Below are positions 1 to 13,258 of a stretch of DNA of 64,000 nt, in pieces; position 1 is the stretch's first letter; each line of letters begins with the position of its first letter. Both the position numbers and the translations under genes were made by a program. This DNA is from Phoronis australis (lineage: Eukaryota; Animalia; Phoronida), in NCBI GenBank assembly GCA_002633005.1, contig NMRA01000007.1:634362-698361 (forward strand). The letters are read 5' to 3'. The notes under the pieces were generated by a model, which was not told the DNA's origin, made no database searches, and saw nothing but the letters and a program-made list of their open reading frames with translations.

Positions 1-381
1 TTGAAAACTTAAATATTATAGAAATAAATTGAATTTATAAATTAAGGTTTACCAACTATTATAGCTTAAAACACGTTTTTTTCACGCTAAGCTTCGACCG
101 GGAAATTATCGTCTGCTAAAGTAGGTTACCACTGGTAACTGAATATAATTCTCAAGTAAAAGATCCTGACGACACGATACCCGCATTCAAACTAGAGATC
201 GGTGATTTGCAAGTAAGAGGACATGAGAGAAAAAATTCACCGAATTAAGATATCATTTTTATGGAAATTATGTGCCTTATTTTTCGTAGCGTATAAGTAC
301 AGTACTATGCGGTTTGTTGAACGTGCGATTATTGCGCGCACTCATTTAAGTATTCTATTTTCACACTTGGCGACGTCAGTC

Positions 382-452
382 GCTGAGTGGTGTAGTGGTT
401 AAAGTTGGCGACCATCAACATGAGGGTCCCGGGTTCGACCCCGTCCTCGGTT
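382..452 (+). mobile_element. tRNA-derived SINE head or tRNA pseudogene
   Basis: Pol III A-box (TGGTGTAGTGG) and B-box (GGTTCGACCCC) at tRNA spacing. GCTGAG/CTCGGT acceptor-like stem, but no canonical anticodon arm. Confidence 0.55.
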
Positions 453-489
453 TCCCGCCAAATCGTTATCTCACTATTGAGATAACTTT

Positions 490-1620
490 ATGGGTTATTA
501 CACGGTTGTATCTGCCATTTGACGCTAATATTGTGGTATAAAAAGTGATATTTGTCCTCGACACAATTCCTCGAGCATAATGTACACATTTTGCCTTGAT
601 ATATCACATTTACAAGACGACCAGTTTCTACTGCCAGCCTGTGGTTTGCACATCGAAAACGTGTAAAACTTTGCACGAACACTCTTAGAAGATTATCAAT
701 TTCTAAATAGTTTTCATGTAGAATTGGAATCAACATCGGACTACCACCTTTGCAAAGCACAGTCCTTAACACGTTGTGAGAAAATATTTACAAACGACTC
801 CTGACATGCGACTCCTTGGTTTACCCAAACATCATAGAAACCATACATTGACAATAAATTGGAGACTGAGCTTGCCCAATTATACATATGTCTACCATTT
901 TCATCTAGCCTGTACAACATGTTGTAAGCGGTCCGTGGATAACGTTCGTGTGGTATATTCTAAATTTTAAACCAGTATTTAATACAGCTAACAAAGTATC
1001 TCGTAAATATAGCATATCTGCCACAATCGCCCAATACTGCAGCGTTAGAGCAAGAGTCGCCTAGTCCCCGGGTCCATTTACAAAATTTTAAATGATTTTT
1101 TCTAAACACTCGTATTCCGAAAACCCCAAATCTCGGCACCATAACACAATGTTAGCTACACCAGTTTATCAAATAACTCAAAGGCAAGTGATGGGGGCAT
1201 ATCACAACATCTGCGCTGTAGTGTCAAAACACGTGATGCAGCTTTATTTGCTTGACAAGACAGAGTTTTTGTCGCTTTCGACCATGACGATTTAGGTGTG
1301 ATAAAAACACCAAGATATTTATAATGAGATACAGCATCAACTTGCTGTTTGTTAAAAAAAAAATTTCTCATAGTGTCTTAAGGGACCGCCATTTCTAATT
1401 ACAATTATTTTGGTTTTCTTTAAATTCACAGCCGTACCCCATGAACCACAATAATCATTGAGACAATTCAACATACGTTACAAATTAGACGCTGTTAGAG
1501 AGCACAGAACCATATCATCTGCATATAACAGTGAATAAATATTTGTAGCATGCTCATCTAAATAGATGCTATTTATGTCAGTACGTGACCTGAGTTTTTC
1601 TAAAAACTCGTTGAGATTAA
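490..1620 (-). mobile_element. Degenerate 5'-truncated non-LTR retrotransposon (LINE, RTEX/L2-like): RT C-terminal half plus Cys/His tail
   Basis: LLYADDMVL catalytic motif near 1507-1533, YKYLGVFITP, RLVLGDCGRY-like segment, and C-terminal FTRFRCANHRLAVETGR...CTLC...EDKYHFL. Frameshifts and stops present. Confidence 0.85.
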
Positions 1621-2104
1621 ACTTAGCACCGTTAAAAAGGACCCGGATTCACTTCGGCCTCAAACGACATGGCGCGTGGTCATAGTTAACATACTGAGGT
1701 TCTCTGTTTTTGTTGATGATTTAGTGCTGGTGTCGAATACAGTTCTGGGCTACAGATGAAGCTCAACGTCCTCCGAAAGTTTTGTCGAGATTGGAACTTG
1801 GAGAAAACGAATGTTATGGTATTTAAGCTAGAGGGCATACTTTCTAATACTGAAAGGTGTTTTTTTTTACAACAACTGGGAAAGTATATACCAAATCGTA
1901 CTACAAGTACCTAAGACTCACATTCTCCAGCAGACTTAATGGACAGAGTGTTGTAGAGTACTTGCAAGCCAAGCTCGAAAAGCAATGAGGGTTATTAAAG
2001 CCACTCTGTTAAAATTTAACTGTTTTTCCCATGGAGTGCATTTTAAACTCTTTCTTTCTATGATAATACCCATGTTAACATATGGTGCAGAAATATGGGA
2101 AACA

Positions 2105-2378
2105 AATATTGGCGACTGGACATTTCATCTCCCTTGAATCATCCAAGATCTTAGTCAAAGAACAGAATTGGTATGCTTGCAAGTTAAAAAAATCCATAAA
2201 TATCAGCAGTCAGCGCCCCCTCTTGAAGCGGGACCGAGGTCTACGCTTACCTCCCGTGTATTCTAACATAATCAGCGAAAGGCGGGAAACCTCTTCGAAA
2301 AAGGCCTGGCGGACTAGGACGAAACGTCTGCGTCTAACCTGAATCGTCTCTAAGTAAGTGATTATCTTCCATCAATGT
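2105..2378 (+). mobile_element. Penelope-like element 3' fragment (GIY-YIG C-terminus plus pLTR) nested in the LINE
   Basis: ILATGH...SKILVKEQNWY...INISSQRPLLKRDRG is clearly homologous to 22950-23225. The LINE reading resumes on either side. Confidence 0.8.
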
Positions 2379-2893
2379 GTGAAAAAGTTCATAATGATTT
2401 CTGTAAATATGTTCTGAGATTGAGTATTAAAACGCCAAATGCAATGGCTCGCGGTGAATGTGGGAGACAATTGTTAATTACAAAATATGTGTGTAAACCA
2501 ATAATTCATTGGACAAAATTACTTGATATGGAAGAACATAGGTATACCCACTGAAGTGTTATAGGATGCTTAGGGAACAAGGTGAAAATGGTAATTGTAA
2601 CTGGGCACACTGTGTCAAAGAAATTTTGTATAGGTACGGTTATGGAGAAGTGTTGTTATTTGGCCCAGGTAATAGTGCTGAATTTATTATGGTATTCAAG
2701 CAGAGATTACTGGATTGTGGCGTACAGGAATGGCAACTGGAAATAGGTAGCTCAGATAAATATGATTTTTATAGTATTATCTAGGACCAATATATTACTT
2801 CCAGGTCTTATTAAACGTGATCTTGTTAGCGAGCAATATGTGAATTGTTAAGCGCTTATTCCTGAAGATACTTGCGCAATTTCGATGTTCAGA

Positions 2894-2984
2894 TCACTCA
2901 CTTAATATAGAGAAAGGGAGACATATGGGTATTCCTAGGTCACTCACTTAATATAGAGAAAGGGAGACATATGGGTATTCCTAG
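2894..2984. repeat. 46-bp tandem duplication inside the LINE
   Basis: tcactcacttaatatagagaaagggagacatatgggtattcctag occurs twice in tandem. Confidence 0.9.
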
Positions 2985-3768
2985 AAGTGGGAGAATATGC
3001 GCATATGCTGTCTGGGTGAAATTGAAGATGAGCTTCATTTCATGTGTCGATGCCCTGTTCTTGGAGACCTTAGAAGAAATCTTCTACTAGAGCGTGTGCA
3101 TTTTAACTATTCCAACGGAAAAACTATGACAGTATCCAACGCCTTGCATTTTTTATTCAGAAGGCTATAGCTTTAAGAGAAGAACTGCTCTCTGTGTAAA
3201 TACTCTGAATATACATTTGATTTTTTGTATTTATGTATGAGTAGGCAAAACCTACGATGTACAATAAATGATATCATCACTATAGTTTCACTGTTCCGAA
3301 TGTCCATTGGGGTCATCTCATCAAGGTATCATTTTTTGTTGAATGCTTCACCGGTATCGATATGGTATATTTTGTATAGGTTCGCAAACGTCGTTTGCTG
3401 CCAACCGACAACAGAACTGCCCCCCTCGTCATCTGCAATGCCCAGAGCCTTCGTTCGCCGTTTAAGAATGCTTCCATGGCTGCTGAAGAGTTGGACAGAA
3501 AAGGGCGGGATCGCTCAAACGCTGTTGATCGCTATCTTCGGAAGAACAGGGTCTACGAAAGACACTACCTTTTCTTACTTAATTGGTTGTCCGATTATTT
3601 TTACCGTACATGTGCATAGTAAGGCCAATGTACCTATCAGGAATGAGGCAACGCGATTCTTTTGAATAAAGACATGCTTGAAATAGATACTCTGCTATTT
3701 GTCTCGCGAGAAGCAGTGAAGATTCTTGCCAAAATTATAAACTTGGTTGTACAGTATAGTCCGATTAC

Positions 3769-3802
3769 CTCTCGTCGTCAGTCTCCAAAGGTCGTCCGCC
3801 AT
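3769..3802 (-). CDS. Candidate first coding exon (MADDLWRLTTR-G) of a gene running leftwards
   Basis: AACAAGATGGCGG (YY1-like, strong start context), then 11 codons and a G|GTAATC donor, in a CpG-richer patch beside the gap. No downstream exon identified. Confidence 0.25.
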
Positions 3803-3829
3803 CTTGTTTCGCGTGCAGCGCTGCCACGC

Positions 3830-4449
3830 NNNNNNNNNNNNNNNNNNNNNNNNNNNNNNNNNNNNNNNNNNNNNNNNNNNNNNNNNNNNNNNNNNNNNNN
3901 NNNNNNNNNNNNNNNNNNNNNNNNNNNNNNNNNNNNNNNNNNNNNNNNNNNNNNNNNNNNNNNNNNNNNNNNNNNNNNNNNNNNNNNNNNNNNNNNNNNN
4001 NNNNNNNNNNNNNNNNNNNNNNNNNNNNNNNNNNNNNNNNNNNNNNNNNNNNNNNNNNNNNNNNNNNNNNNNNNNNNNNNNNNNNNNNNNNNNNNNNNNN
4101 NNNNNNNNNNNNNNNNNNNNNNNNNNNNNNNNNNNNNNNNNNNNNNNNNNNNNNNNNNNNNNNNNNNNNNNNNNNNNNNNNNNNNNNNNNNNNNNNNNNN
4201 NNNNNNNNNNNNNNNNNNNNNNNNNNNNNNNNNNNNNNNNNNNNNNNNNNNNNNNNNNNNNNNNNNNNNNNNNNNNNNNNNNNNNNNNNNNNNNNNNNNN
4301 NNNNNNNNNNNNNNNNNNNNNNNNNNNNNNNNNNNNNNNNNNNNNNNNNNNNNNNNNNNNNNNNNNNNNNNNNNNNNNNNNNNNNNNNNNNNNNNNNNNN
4401 NNNNNNNNNNNNNNNNNNNNNNNNNNNNNNNNNNNNNNNNNNNNNNNNN
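3830..4449. other. Assembly gap (N run)
   Basis: 620 N. Confidence 1.
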
Positions 4450-5282
4450 GGTGGGGGGGGGCACAAGTTAAATAATTATATGGTGGGACAGCACAGGTTA
4501 GAATCATTCGAAAACATGCGTGTGCCACTGTTAATTGGGTATAAAACAATTTGACCAAATTTATGAAATTTCACTGCAGAAATCAAGTTATAGAAACCAC
4601 AAGGGGGGCCAGCAGTAGTCAAATGATAAAGATAGACGCCCACCATTGTCATAGTCATAGAAATATAATTGCAAAAAATAATGAAGCACCTTGATGAGGT
4701 TCACTAGTTACAACTGCCAAATACCCGTAATCAAAAACGTTATGGTAAACTATGGTCTTTCCACCCGGGCTAATTGGAAACAAACAGCCCAGTTTTTAAT
4801 TCTTTTAGTTTCCTAGTCATACAGAAAACTGACAAGAAAATATTAATTGAAATCACCAGCACCCCTTTATTTGGTCCCCAAAGCACCTCATAAATAGCTA
4901 AACACAAAAAATGAGCAAAATTTGCCACATTTCTGCGCTCCAATTTTGGTGGAAACCTCTTTAAAAGTGAAAAGACAGTCTTCTGATAGAGATGTTCAAT
5001 TTTTACAAAAATGTTATCAACAGTTTTTCTCGACCTTTAATTTGCACCGTTTTAAAACTTTTTTTTTTTTACTTTACCTATGTGAACCAAAAACGGGTTA
5101 TTATGGATCAAAATGTAGATGATGCTTTTTAAAAATATTGGCCTGAATAATTTGAAATAAAACCTTTTGAAAAAAATCACCAGGATGTATGAACACATGT
5201 TTTTTCAAGATCTGAGTCGGTGATACTAGAATCGACCTCGTAGAACGGTAGTTATAATAATGCTAAGAAAACCCACAGTTAA

Positions 5283-5435
5283 ACATGGGCGGCGCAGCAC
5301 TGAAAAAAGTGGGAGCTATAGCCCCCCCCCCAAGCCTCCTTGTGGTGCACCGCCCATAGACCATGGGCGCCGGAGTACTGAAAAAGTGGGGCTATAGCCC
5401 AGCCCCCCAGCCCTGTATGGTGCGCCACCCATGTT
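5283..5435. mobile_element. Two tandem copies of a ~75-bp MITE-like element
   Basis: Each copy is bounded by inverted ends (CATGGGCG...CGCCCAT or CGCCACCCATG) and has a similar internal ctgaaaaagtggg..ctatagccc core. Confidence 0.55.
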
Positions 5436-6428
5436 AAAGCGTACAAGGCAAATTTATCACCGTCAGCTAGTCCTCATGAAACACTTTTTCACAACTGAAT
5501 GGAATAATTGGGTGAGTAAGACAACAAGCCGGTTTTATGCTTAGGCGGACGACTATAGGGTTTCGGAGTGTACATATGTTTGTCCATGTACTTACTTTAC
5601 TTGCACACAACTTCCCTTCGATTGCTTTTCGTTTGGTGGAAATTGTAGTCATTTCCACAGGTTCCATTGGGAAGGTTATGTACGTGTAAATGGTTCAAAA
5701 TATACAAGCGTAAAGCTTTACTTAGTTATATGGCAGAAACTCGATGTCTTCTCAAGAAAAGCTTGATGACAAAGTTATCGTGTGAGAAGCAAACGACACC
5801 AAACATCATAATTACCTATATCAGTTTCTGATCACTGTTCGGGGGGTTGCCATTGCCAAGCTCAAAATTTCGAACTAACAAACTCATTAATCCTTTAAGG
5901 TGGGATCATTCTCTTTAAACTTGGCTCGTGATAATGAAGACTAAGGTAGCACTGAACAGTTATGCTGCGGCCACGGGCATTTTCCACGGGGCATTTTCTA
6001 GTGCATAGAATTTATGTAAAGGGCGTGTGTCAGGTTTAGCGGCTGTGTTGTGGAATGCGTTGAAAATAATTGCAAGGAAACTGATTTGCCTGTGCTTTTG
6101 AACGAGAAAAGCAAAGTTTTTTAGTCGTGGCCTACTTTTGATGCAAAATGATGGCTGTCATTTTTTTAAACCCCTATCGCCTGCTGTCTGAGAAACCGGG
6201 TGCGACTTTAGGTGGCTTCTAAACAGATCAAAATTGCCAAAAAAGTAACTGGTAAGGGGCATACTATGACCACATTTTTAGAATCTAGAGAGTACAAGCA
6301 TTCTGAATCTGTAGTCAGATTTTTTCTAGCAAAAAAAATTGTCAAATTCGGTGCTTTTGGTAATATTTTTGTGGGCTGGGATTTTTTCCGATGTGAATTA
6401 ACCGATTAAAAACCTGTAGCGTAATTAA

Positions 6429-8024
6429 AGGAGCATGCCACCCAAGAACAACCTATTTTGTATCAATTTAGATTGAGTAGTTCTACAGGATAACAGCACG
6501 TTCGGTTGTGTTACCTGACACCTGACGGCAGACGGAGGTGTTGAAATTATACAATGACGTCATTGGTTTCACACGCAGTCTGTTCAGCAGTTCACAACAC
6601 GGGTTACTGGTGTCAGCTTATCGCTTGAATTCATCGTTTAACACCAATAAATCATCAAACTTCGATGTAAAACCCTTAAACATACACCGAGTTCTTATAA
6701 AAACGTGTTTTTTATTTCGCTGTTACGGATTTACTGGTATCTGGACACACCGTAGCCTACAAAGTTCGGCCGGCCAATTTACCAAGGTCCGTAGCACTAG
6801 AGGAGTTTGGGGTCTGTTCGGAGATAAATTCGAAGTATTCTTCGGTTAAATACAGACAAGAAAACATAGATCTGTGTTGCTTATTCAAACTTAAGATTTT
6901 TTGAATTCTAAACACACAAAACGCTTGTTATCCCGGCCAGTGGCTCGTAACCCGATCAGGCCTGTCGCGGCCGGACTGAAGTCATCACGAACATAAACCA
7001 GCCTAAGTTGGAAACTAAACTTCCAGTCAAAAAAAATACTATACTAGTGAGCTAAACAAATAATTTGCACGTGATTATGTTGGTGAATTAGCCACGAAAC
7101 TGCAAATCTACTTAGGGAGCATTGAATTCAGGTTCCCCTTTGGCCACAGAACCGTCAGGGCAGAAGTTTTGTATATGTAAATAAATATTCTCCTAGCACC
7201 TGGCCGTGGGATAGAAAATCGAGTTATTGTTTCACAACAGCTTCTGTCAGCAAACACTGAATTACCATGCGCTCACACGGCCTCGGTGGCCGGTCAATTA
7301 CCTTCATTGCATCTGAAGCCGGTAACGCAATGGTTTATTCATTGCTTGCTTCTCAAAACATTTGCACTCACGAATACTCCAAAGGCATTACAAATTGTAT
7401 CTAATGAGACAGGCTTTGTTTCAGTTTTAAATAATCATTGGTTAGGGCGAGAATATTTCATTTTGAAACCGAACGCAGAACGTCAACAGAATCCCGACTT
7501 CTAGACGAGAGTTCATCCGACGAAGACCTCGCAGGTGGATCGTTAAGTTTCACAGGCTATCAGTTCGAACCGGAATACAGTGATCGAGAAATACTGAGAG
7601 AGGCGCCGTGAACATGCACTCGGCTGACAACGGAACGTTTGGTAAGCCGTCATTCGTCAGACTCACTGTCGACGACTGCCGGCCACAGACACGGAGATGT
7701 TTCACAGTCTCATACTTGCTATTAACAGCGTACTTTTCACCACCGCGAGCCACTTCCTAAGCATTTCGGACTCTCGAGGAAGTCGAAAAAACGATGTACC
7801 GCTTTCCTCGCAGCTTTATAGTTCGGACAAGCGGGAAGGATGCACCGCATCATAGGAGCATTCACTCTGCAAATGAACCACTGACGTCGCTGCGTCGTTT
7901 CTCACCTTCCTCACAGGTTAACGCGACACATCTCGGCAAGGTAAGGTCGACCGTATACGAGGCGATGTGGATATGGACCGATTAAGACGGTATAAAAGAC
8001 TAATTAAATCGGGCGGCATTCTCC
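6429..8024. mobile_element. Kolobok-like DNA transposon, degenerate or non-autonomous
   Basis: TTAA at 6425-6428 and 8025-8028. Terminal inverted repeats AGGAGCATGCCACCC / GGGCGGCATTCTCC. Internal remnant ESSSDEDL...GYQFEPEYSD (7501-7611) resembles the KolX / P2X7-ballast-like N-terminus. Confidence 0.65.
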
Positions 8025-10825
8025 TTAAGTTTCAATTATTATGAGTAGTGCTTGTGAGTTGGGAATGCTACAAAACCTTTTGTTTTTTCAGACTCTTGAT
8101 TAGCACGGCGTGAGGAAAGGACTCATCTCTACTTCGGTGTGCGTCGGCAGCCTGTAATAACTGTAGTGTGCCCCCTAAGAATGTCATTTAGGTCATTAAG
8201 TAGGCACAACTCTTATTGGTTAATGTGTGGCAAATTGGTTTACGTTAGGCAATGAAAAACAAGGTTATATACAGAGAGCAACTTCCTGTATGTCTGGTTT
8301 TTAGGTAAGGGAGTACTTAATAGTTTTTCTCCCTAGACAGGGTAAACTGAAGGAAAGCAGTTTATTTCTTTCCTACAAAAACGCATAATATGAAACATAC
8401 GAAGGTACTAACCATACATAAGGCTTGCCATTTAAATTTTTTTTGCTTTTATGCCCACAGTAAACCTAGCTGGCCATGCCCAGAAACGAGTATAAATATA
8501 CAAAACCACGACTCGCATGCGACTGCTAGGCGCAAGCAGACAATGCACTCAGAATGCCAAACGGTCCACAACACAAAAAATGGGAAGACAGTGGGTGTCG
8601 ACCAGACCGTTTTTTGTTATTGTTAACCTGAAATGTGTGAGGACACCGGAATTTCCAGCCAAAACTTCTATGCTGACAGGAAATGGTAGAATGTTTAAGA
8701 ACAGCCATGACTGTTGCAAGAGAAATAGATCAAGGGGTAACAAACTGTATTTTGTTCCAAAACAGGTTAGTTAAAAAATAAAAAATGTCATTCGTAGCCA
8801 CCTCACGTACAGTAAATATCAAAATGTCTAGTCAATCCAGCAGGCGGGCTCTTGTGATTGGTGTGAATACTTGTTTAAATTAGTCGTTATTTTCAAAAAC
8901 TGGCAAGTAACTCAACAACCTACATGGTTCATCGCCGCTTTAAAATAACAAATCGGAATTTTTACCAATCTTTTTGATTCATTATCCAGCTTTTGAAAAA
9001 TGCTTTGAAATGATCAAACAAATATTTTCTTCATTGAATTGCAAATGCAAATTAGATACGCTTAGCAGCACTTCATATCGGCTGACTGTGGGCTATTTTG
9101 CTGGGAGATCACATTATTGGCCCATTATGTCTATTTTGACCTACTATGTCCATTTTTGCTGCTTATGGTCATTTTTACCTTTTAAATCGATTTCAGTCTC
9201 GACGTCGGTCTTGATCCATTAGCTTGGAGTTGAAACCTTCTCAAAGGTAGATTGGAGCGTCTGCTTTAATAAAAATTCATAAAACCTGCCTTTTCTTCCA
9301 CTCTTAGAAATTTTTTAAAGAATGAATATGTTATCAAACGTTTTATGTATATCCTATCTACTACATGTGTATCTATCAAATCTATCAAAATGGACTGCAA
9401 AAAAATACCCAACGTAGGCCTTCAAATCTTTGTCTTATATCGTGTTCACATGCGGATAATTGTGAAAGCAGATATGATGTCTTATCGAGAAAAAACCCAG
9501 CTCTAAAACGAGCTATCACAAAGAAAGGCTTCTTATCTACAGTTAGCCTCTAGGTGATAACTGTACGGTAAAGATAATTTTCACGTCGATCAATAACAAA
9601 TGCAATCATTACAATTGTTGAAAGATAGCGACTGACATGGGTCACGTGAATTTTTGAAATGGTATGCGCTCGTAATTTACGCTCTTTATTTACGTCCGAA
9701 AGTCACGCTCACACTTGACGCTCGAAATGTACTCGCTGTTTACTGTCATTATCAAAGCCGTGAACGAGCGTAATTCAAAACTAAAAGGGTTTTAAATGAT
9801 CATGGGAAAACATCGGATTTTAAACTGAATCGTAATCTTAATTCTTCGCAAAGGTTGTCCTAAACAAAGGAAAATCAAACCAGAAATGAAATCAATGAGT
9901 GAGGTCCGTTCCAGTTAACGTCTGTTGCCGTATTGAGATATTCTTACCACCAGAAAATAGATGTTTACAGTGACGTTTAATTAAGTCATACATGTACACG
10001 TAACCTACTCACGATGTTTTGTAAAGGAGAGCTTGTTCTGACCAATTATTGGTCAGAACAGATGAGTTGCCGATTGTGTGTACTGATTTTGCCCTCGTTA
10101 TTAATCTATTTTCCTATCGATTGCCATTTTTCTGTTATCTCTAGACGTATAGACGTAGTGTAAACGACGGCTTCAAACCGTAAGTGCTGGTTAGTGAAAA
10201 AGTCACCGTATGCAAACACCTGTTGGGAATTTCAAAAAAAAATCATCCTATGAAAGAGCGTACCGGAGAATATCCTAAAACATCTTCATTTTACGGCAAA
10301 TTAGACTTGATTCTCAATGAGCGCTCATTCAAAAGAAAAAATAATTGGATTTTAGAAAGATTTCAGTGACTATTAAGGAATAACTTTGAACTTTTAGACT
10401 AAATTGTAACTTTTCCGTTTGCGACAATGAAGATTCTATGTTGGTACAAAAATGTCACGGTTTATGTCAATTGCTGTTTTTTGTGTTTATGTAATGGCAA
10501 AACATGTTTTCACCGTCAATGGAATACCATTCTAATGCCTTGCATAGAGCCTGCAATTACGCCCAGCAGTCAAAAGAGCAACATGTTTCCGAAAGAATGC
10601 TTTTTGTTTCAATCTATGGTTTTTCAGACTTTCTTTCGGGGGCTCTTTCGGACATTTCCCAAACTAAAGCAGGGATCGGTTTAAACTGAAATGCTAAACT
10701 ATAGTACTTAAAAAACAAAGATCTGCGGACAGTGTTTGGAGAATAGAGAAACAAATATTAAACCAAAACAATTTCACTTTTTGTTACGCCCATTTTGGAA
10801 ACAATTTTCGGGTTGAGACCACATG

Positions 10826-13258
10826 TTTATGTGTGCCCACATATTTATACGAGGGCGCATTATTCAGTCAGCCCCATCCGTTTGTCGATCCGTCCGTCCG
10901 GCGTCCGCTGCTCTATCTCCAAAACCTTTCGATGCATGTTTATGAAATTTTGCAGATAATTATGTTTTTTCCATAGATGGGACGGTATGAGTGAATTTTC
11001 GAACGGATCGGAGTACAGCCTCCCGTTCAGTAACGCTAGGACCTCGCTAAAAAGCAAGACTTCGCGAGAATACGTGACATTTTGCCGTGTATTTTGAATG
11101 AGAACACGTGACTTTGACTAGGTTTTAGCTAGGTCCTAGCGTAGGTCCTAGCGTCTACTGAACGCACGCCCGGTTTGTTCCCTAATGACACATTTTAGTT
11201 TTTTACTTTTACCTCCCTATCTGCGAAGGTCCCCAACGGATTTTCATAAAATTTGGTATATATAGGCATCTGCTAGTAAGATGACGCTATCCTTTCGTTT
11301 TCAGATGAATTCGAGGTATTTTGCGCCACCTATTGGCCATGTTTCCTGTTTTCGAGGGGGCGTCCGCCCCTCTATCAACCAAACCACTGATGTTGATTTT
11401 CAAACGTGTTCAACTACTTGGCCCATGCGGCAGTTTTTTGCGCGTCCACAGCTGTATCTTCTGTAACCTTTGCAACGTTTTTCTGAAATTTAGCAGATGT
11501 GTTCCGGACTCGATGGCCACAGGTGACGGCCAATTTCAGACCATTCCAACTACAGCTGTGCTCCCTAGTGGCAATTTTATTTTTTATGTTTGCCTCTGTA
11601 ACTTCAGATTTCCTCGATGTTTTTTTACGAAATTGGACACATTTCTATTATGAAGACGAAAACAGCTTTCCTTTTTATGCGCCCACATATTTATATGTGG
11701 TCGCAATTTGCCGTCATCTCTGTCTGGGCGTCCGGCGTCCGTCGTCCGCCGTCCGCAGCTGTATCTCCTAAACCCCTCACAGGATCTTGATGAGATTTGG
11801 CAGATATGTTCCTATCATGCTGACGTCTGATGACAAAAATTTCGGACCTTTCCGACTACGGGTGTGTCCCCTAGTGGCAATTTTAGTTTTTTACGTTCAC
11901 CTCTGTATCTTTGGAGGTCCTCAACGTATTTTCACAAAAATTGAAATACAAGCATCTATTAGTGAGGTGACACTATGCTGTCGTTTTCGGATAGATTCGA
12001 CGTAGTTTGCGCCACCTAGTGGCCTTTTTTACTTTTTTCGAGTCTGTTTTATGACGTTCGCCCCTCTATTAATCAAACCGCTCTAAGGATGATTGAGAAA
12101 ATTGGCATGGCTTGTTCTTACCTGATGATGATTTTCCGACGACTTGGACTACTGTGGCGTCTCCTAGTGGCAGTCTTGTTTTTTTTTTTGCGCCCATGGC
12201 TGTATCTTCTAAATCATTTGCGGGATCTTTATTAAATTTAGCAATTGTATTTATATGATGTTGACAATGGATGACCACGACTTTCGCAGGGATGGGACTG
12301 CTGGTGCTCCCCCTAGTGACAATTTAAGTTTTTTACGCTTACCTCTGTATCTTTAAAGGTCCTCAACACATTTTCATAAAATTTGGGATATAGTCGAATC
12401 TTTATAAAATTTAGTAAGTGTATTTATAGGAAGCTAACTATAGATTATAACTTTTAGGCGGACGTTGTGCCCCCTAGCGGCCGATTCATTTTTTCTGTTT
12501 TATTTTGTTTTTCTGAAGTTCTTCGTCAGATTTTTATGAAATTTAGTAAATAGCTTTCTATTGAAGAAGCGATGGCATGTTCCATTTGCAGTTGGATTGG
12601 ACGTTTTGCACCATCTAGTGGTCATTTTATGATATAAATAAACAACTCTAGAAGCACACCGCTTGCGGTGCATTCGTGGGCGTATTTCAACGCTTTGCGT
12701 TGCTCTTGTTTATGATAGATTCGACGTATTCTGCATCAAGTAGTTGCTATTCTAATTATTTTTAGTCTGTTTTTGTCGTTTGCTTCTGTATCTGCCAAAT
12801 CACGTAGAGGATCATGGTGAAAATTGGCAGATGTGTTCCTATTGACAAGATCATGACTGACGGGGATTTTCAAATGGGTTTAACTACTGTGGTGCCTTCT
12901 AGTGTAATTTTTCGCATCTATGGCTGTATCTCCTAGACCCCTTGCAAGATGTTTATGAAATTTTGCAATTGTATTCTTATTAAACTGACAGCAGGTGGAA
13001 GGATTCGACTACTGCTGTGGATTGTAATCGCAGTTTTTTTTTACGTTTGCCTTTGTATCTTAAGAGTTCTTTGACGGATTTTCATAAAATTTGGCAAATG
13101 ATTTTTAGACACGACACCTCCCCATTTTTGGATGGGTTTAAGGTATTCTGAGCCATCAAATTGCTATTTTTATGATACAAATAAGCATCCCTAGAAGTAC
13201 ACTGTTTGCGGTGCAGTCGTGGGCGCATTTCAACGCTCCGCGTTGTTCTTGTTCTTGT
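10826..13258 (+). mobile_element. Nested non-autonomous Helentron-associated (HINE/DINE-1-like) elements with internal tandem subrepeats
   Basis: 5' ends (T)TTAT..GCCCACATATTTATA at ~10826 and ~11672, each followed by (GTCC)n-like microsatellite. Many gccccctagtggcaattt subrepeats. 3' subTIR GTGGGCG(T/C)AT plus hairpin CAACGC...GCGTTG plus CTCTTGTT/TTCTTGTT at ~12676-12711 and ~13219-13258. Confidence 0.7.
11018..11170. mobile_element. Small MITE inserted in the HINE-like element
   Basis: Inverted ends CGTTCAGTA(A)CGCTAGGACCT / AGGTCCTAGCGTCTACTGAACG. Confidence 0.6.

Larger units (their letters stand above)
1690..3200 (+). mobile_element. Second degenerate LINE of the same type, interrupted by a Penelope fragment
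   Basis: Degenerate (F)xDDLVL near 1705-1730, YKYL, YGAEIW, EKVHNDFCKYVL, ARGECGR, and FRCSDHSLNIEKGRH...EIEDELHFMCRCP. Confidence 0.85.

Noticed and set aside
382-452. Functional tRNA gene
   Set aside because: The anticodon arm does not fold canonically, so it is better explained as a SINE head.
3662-4558. Long ORFs spanning the first gap, and likewise 42009-42758
   Set aside because: They are open only because of the N runs.
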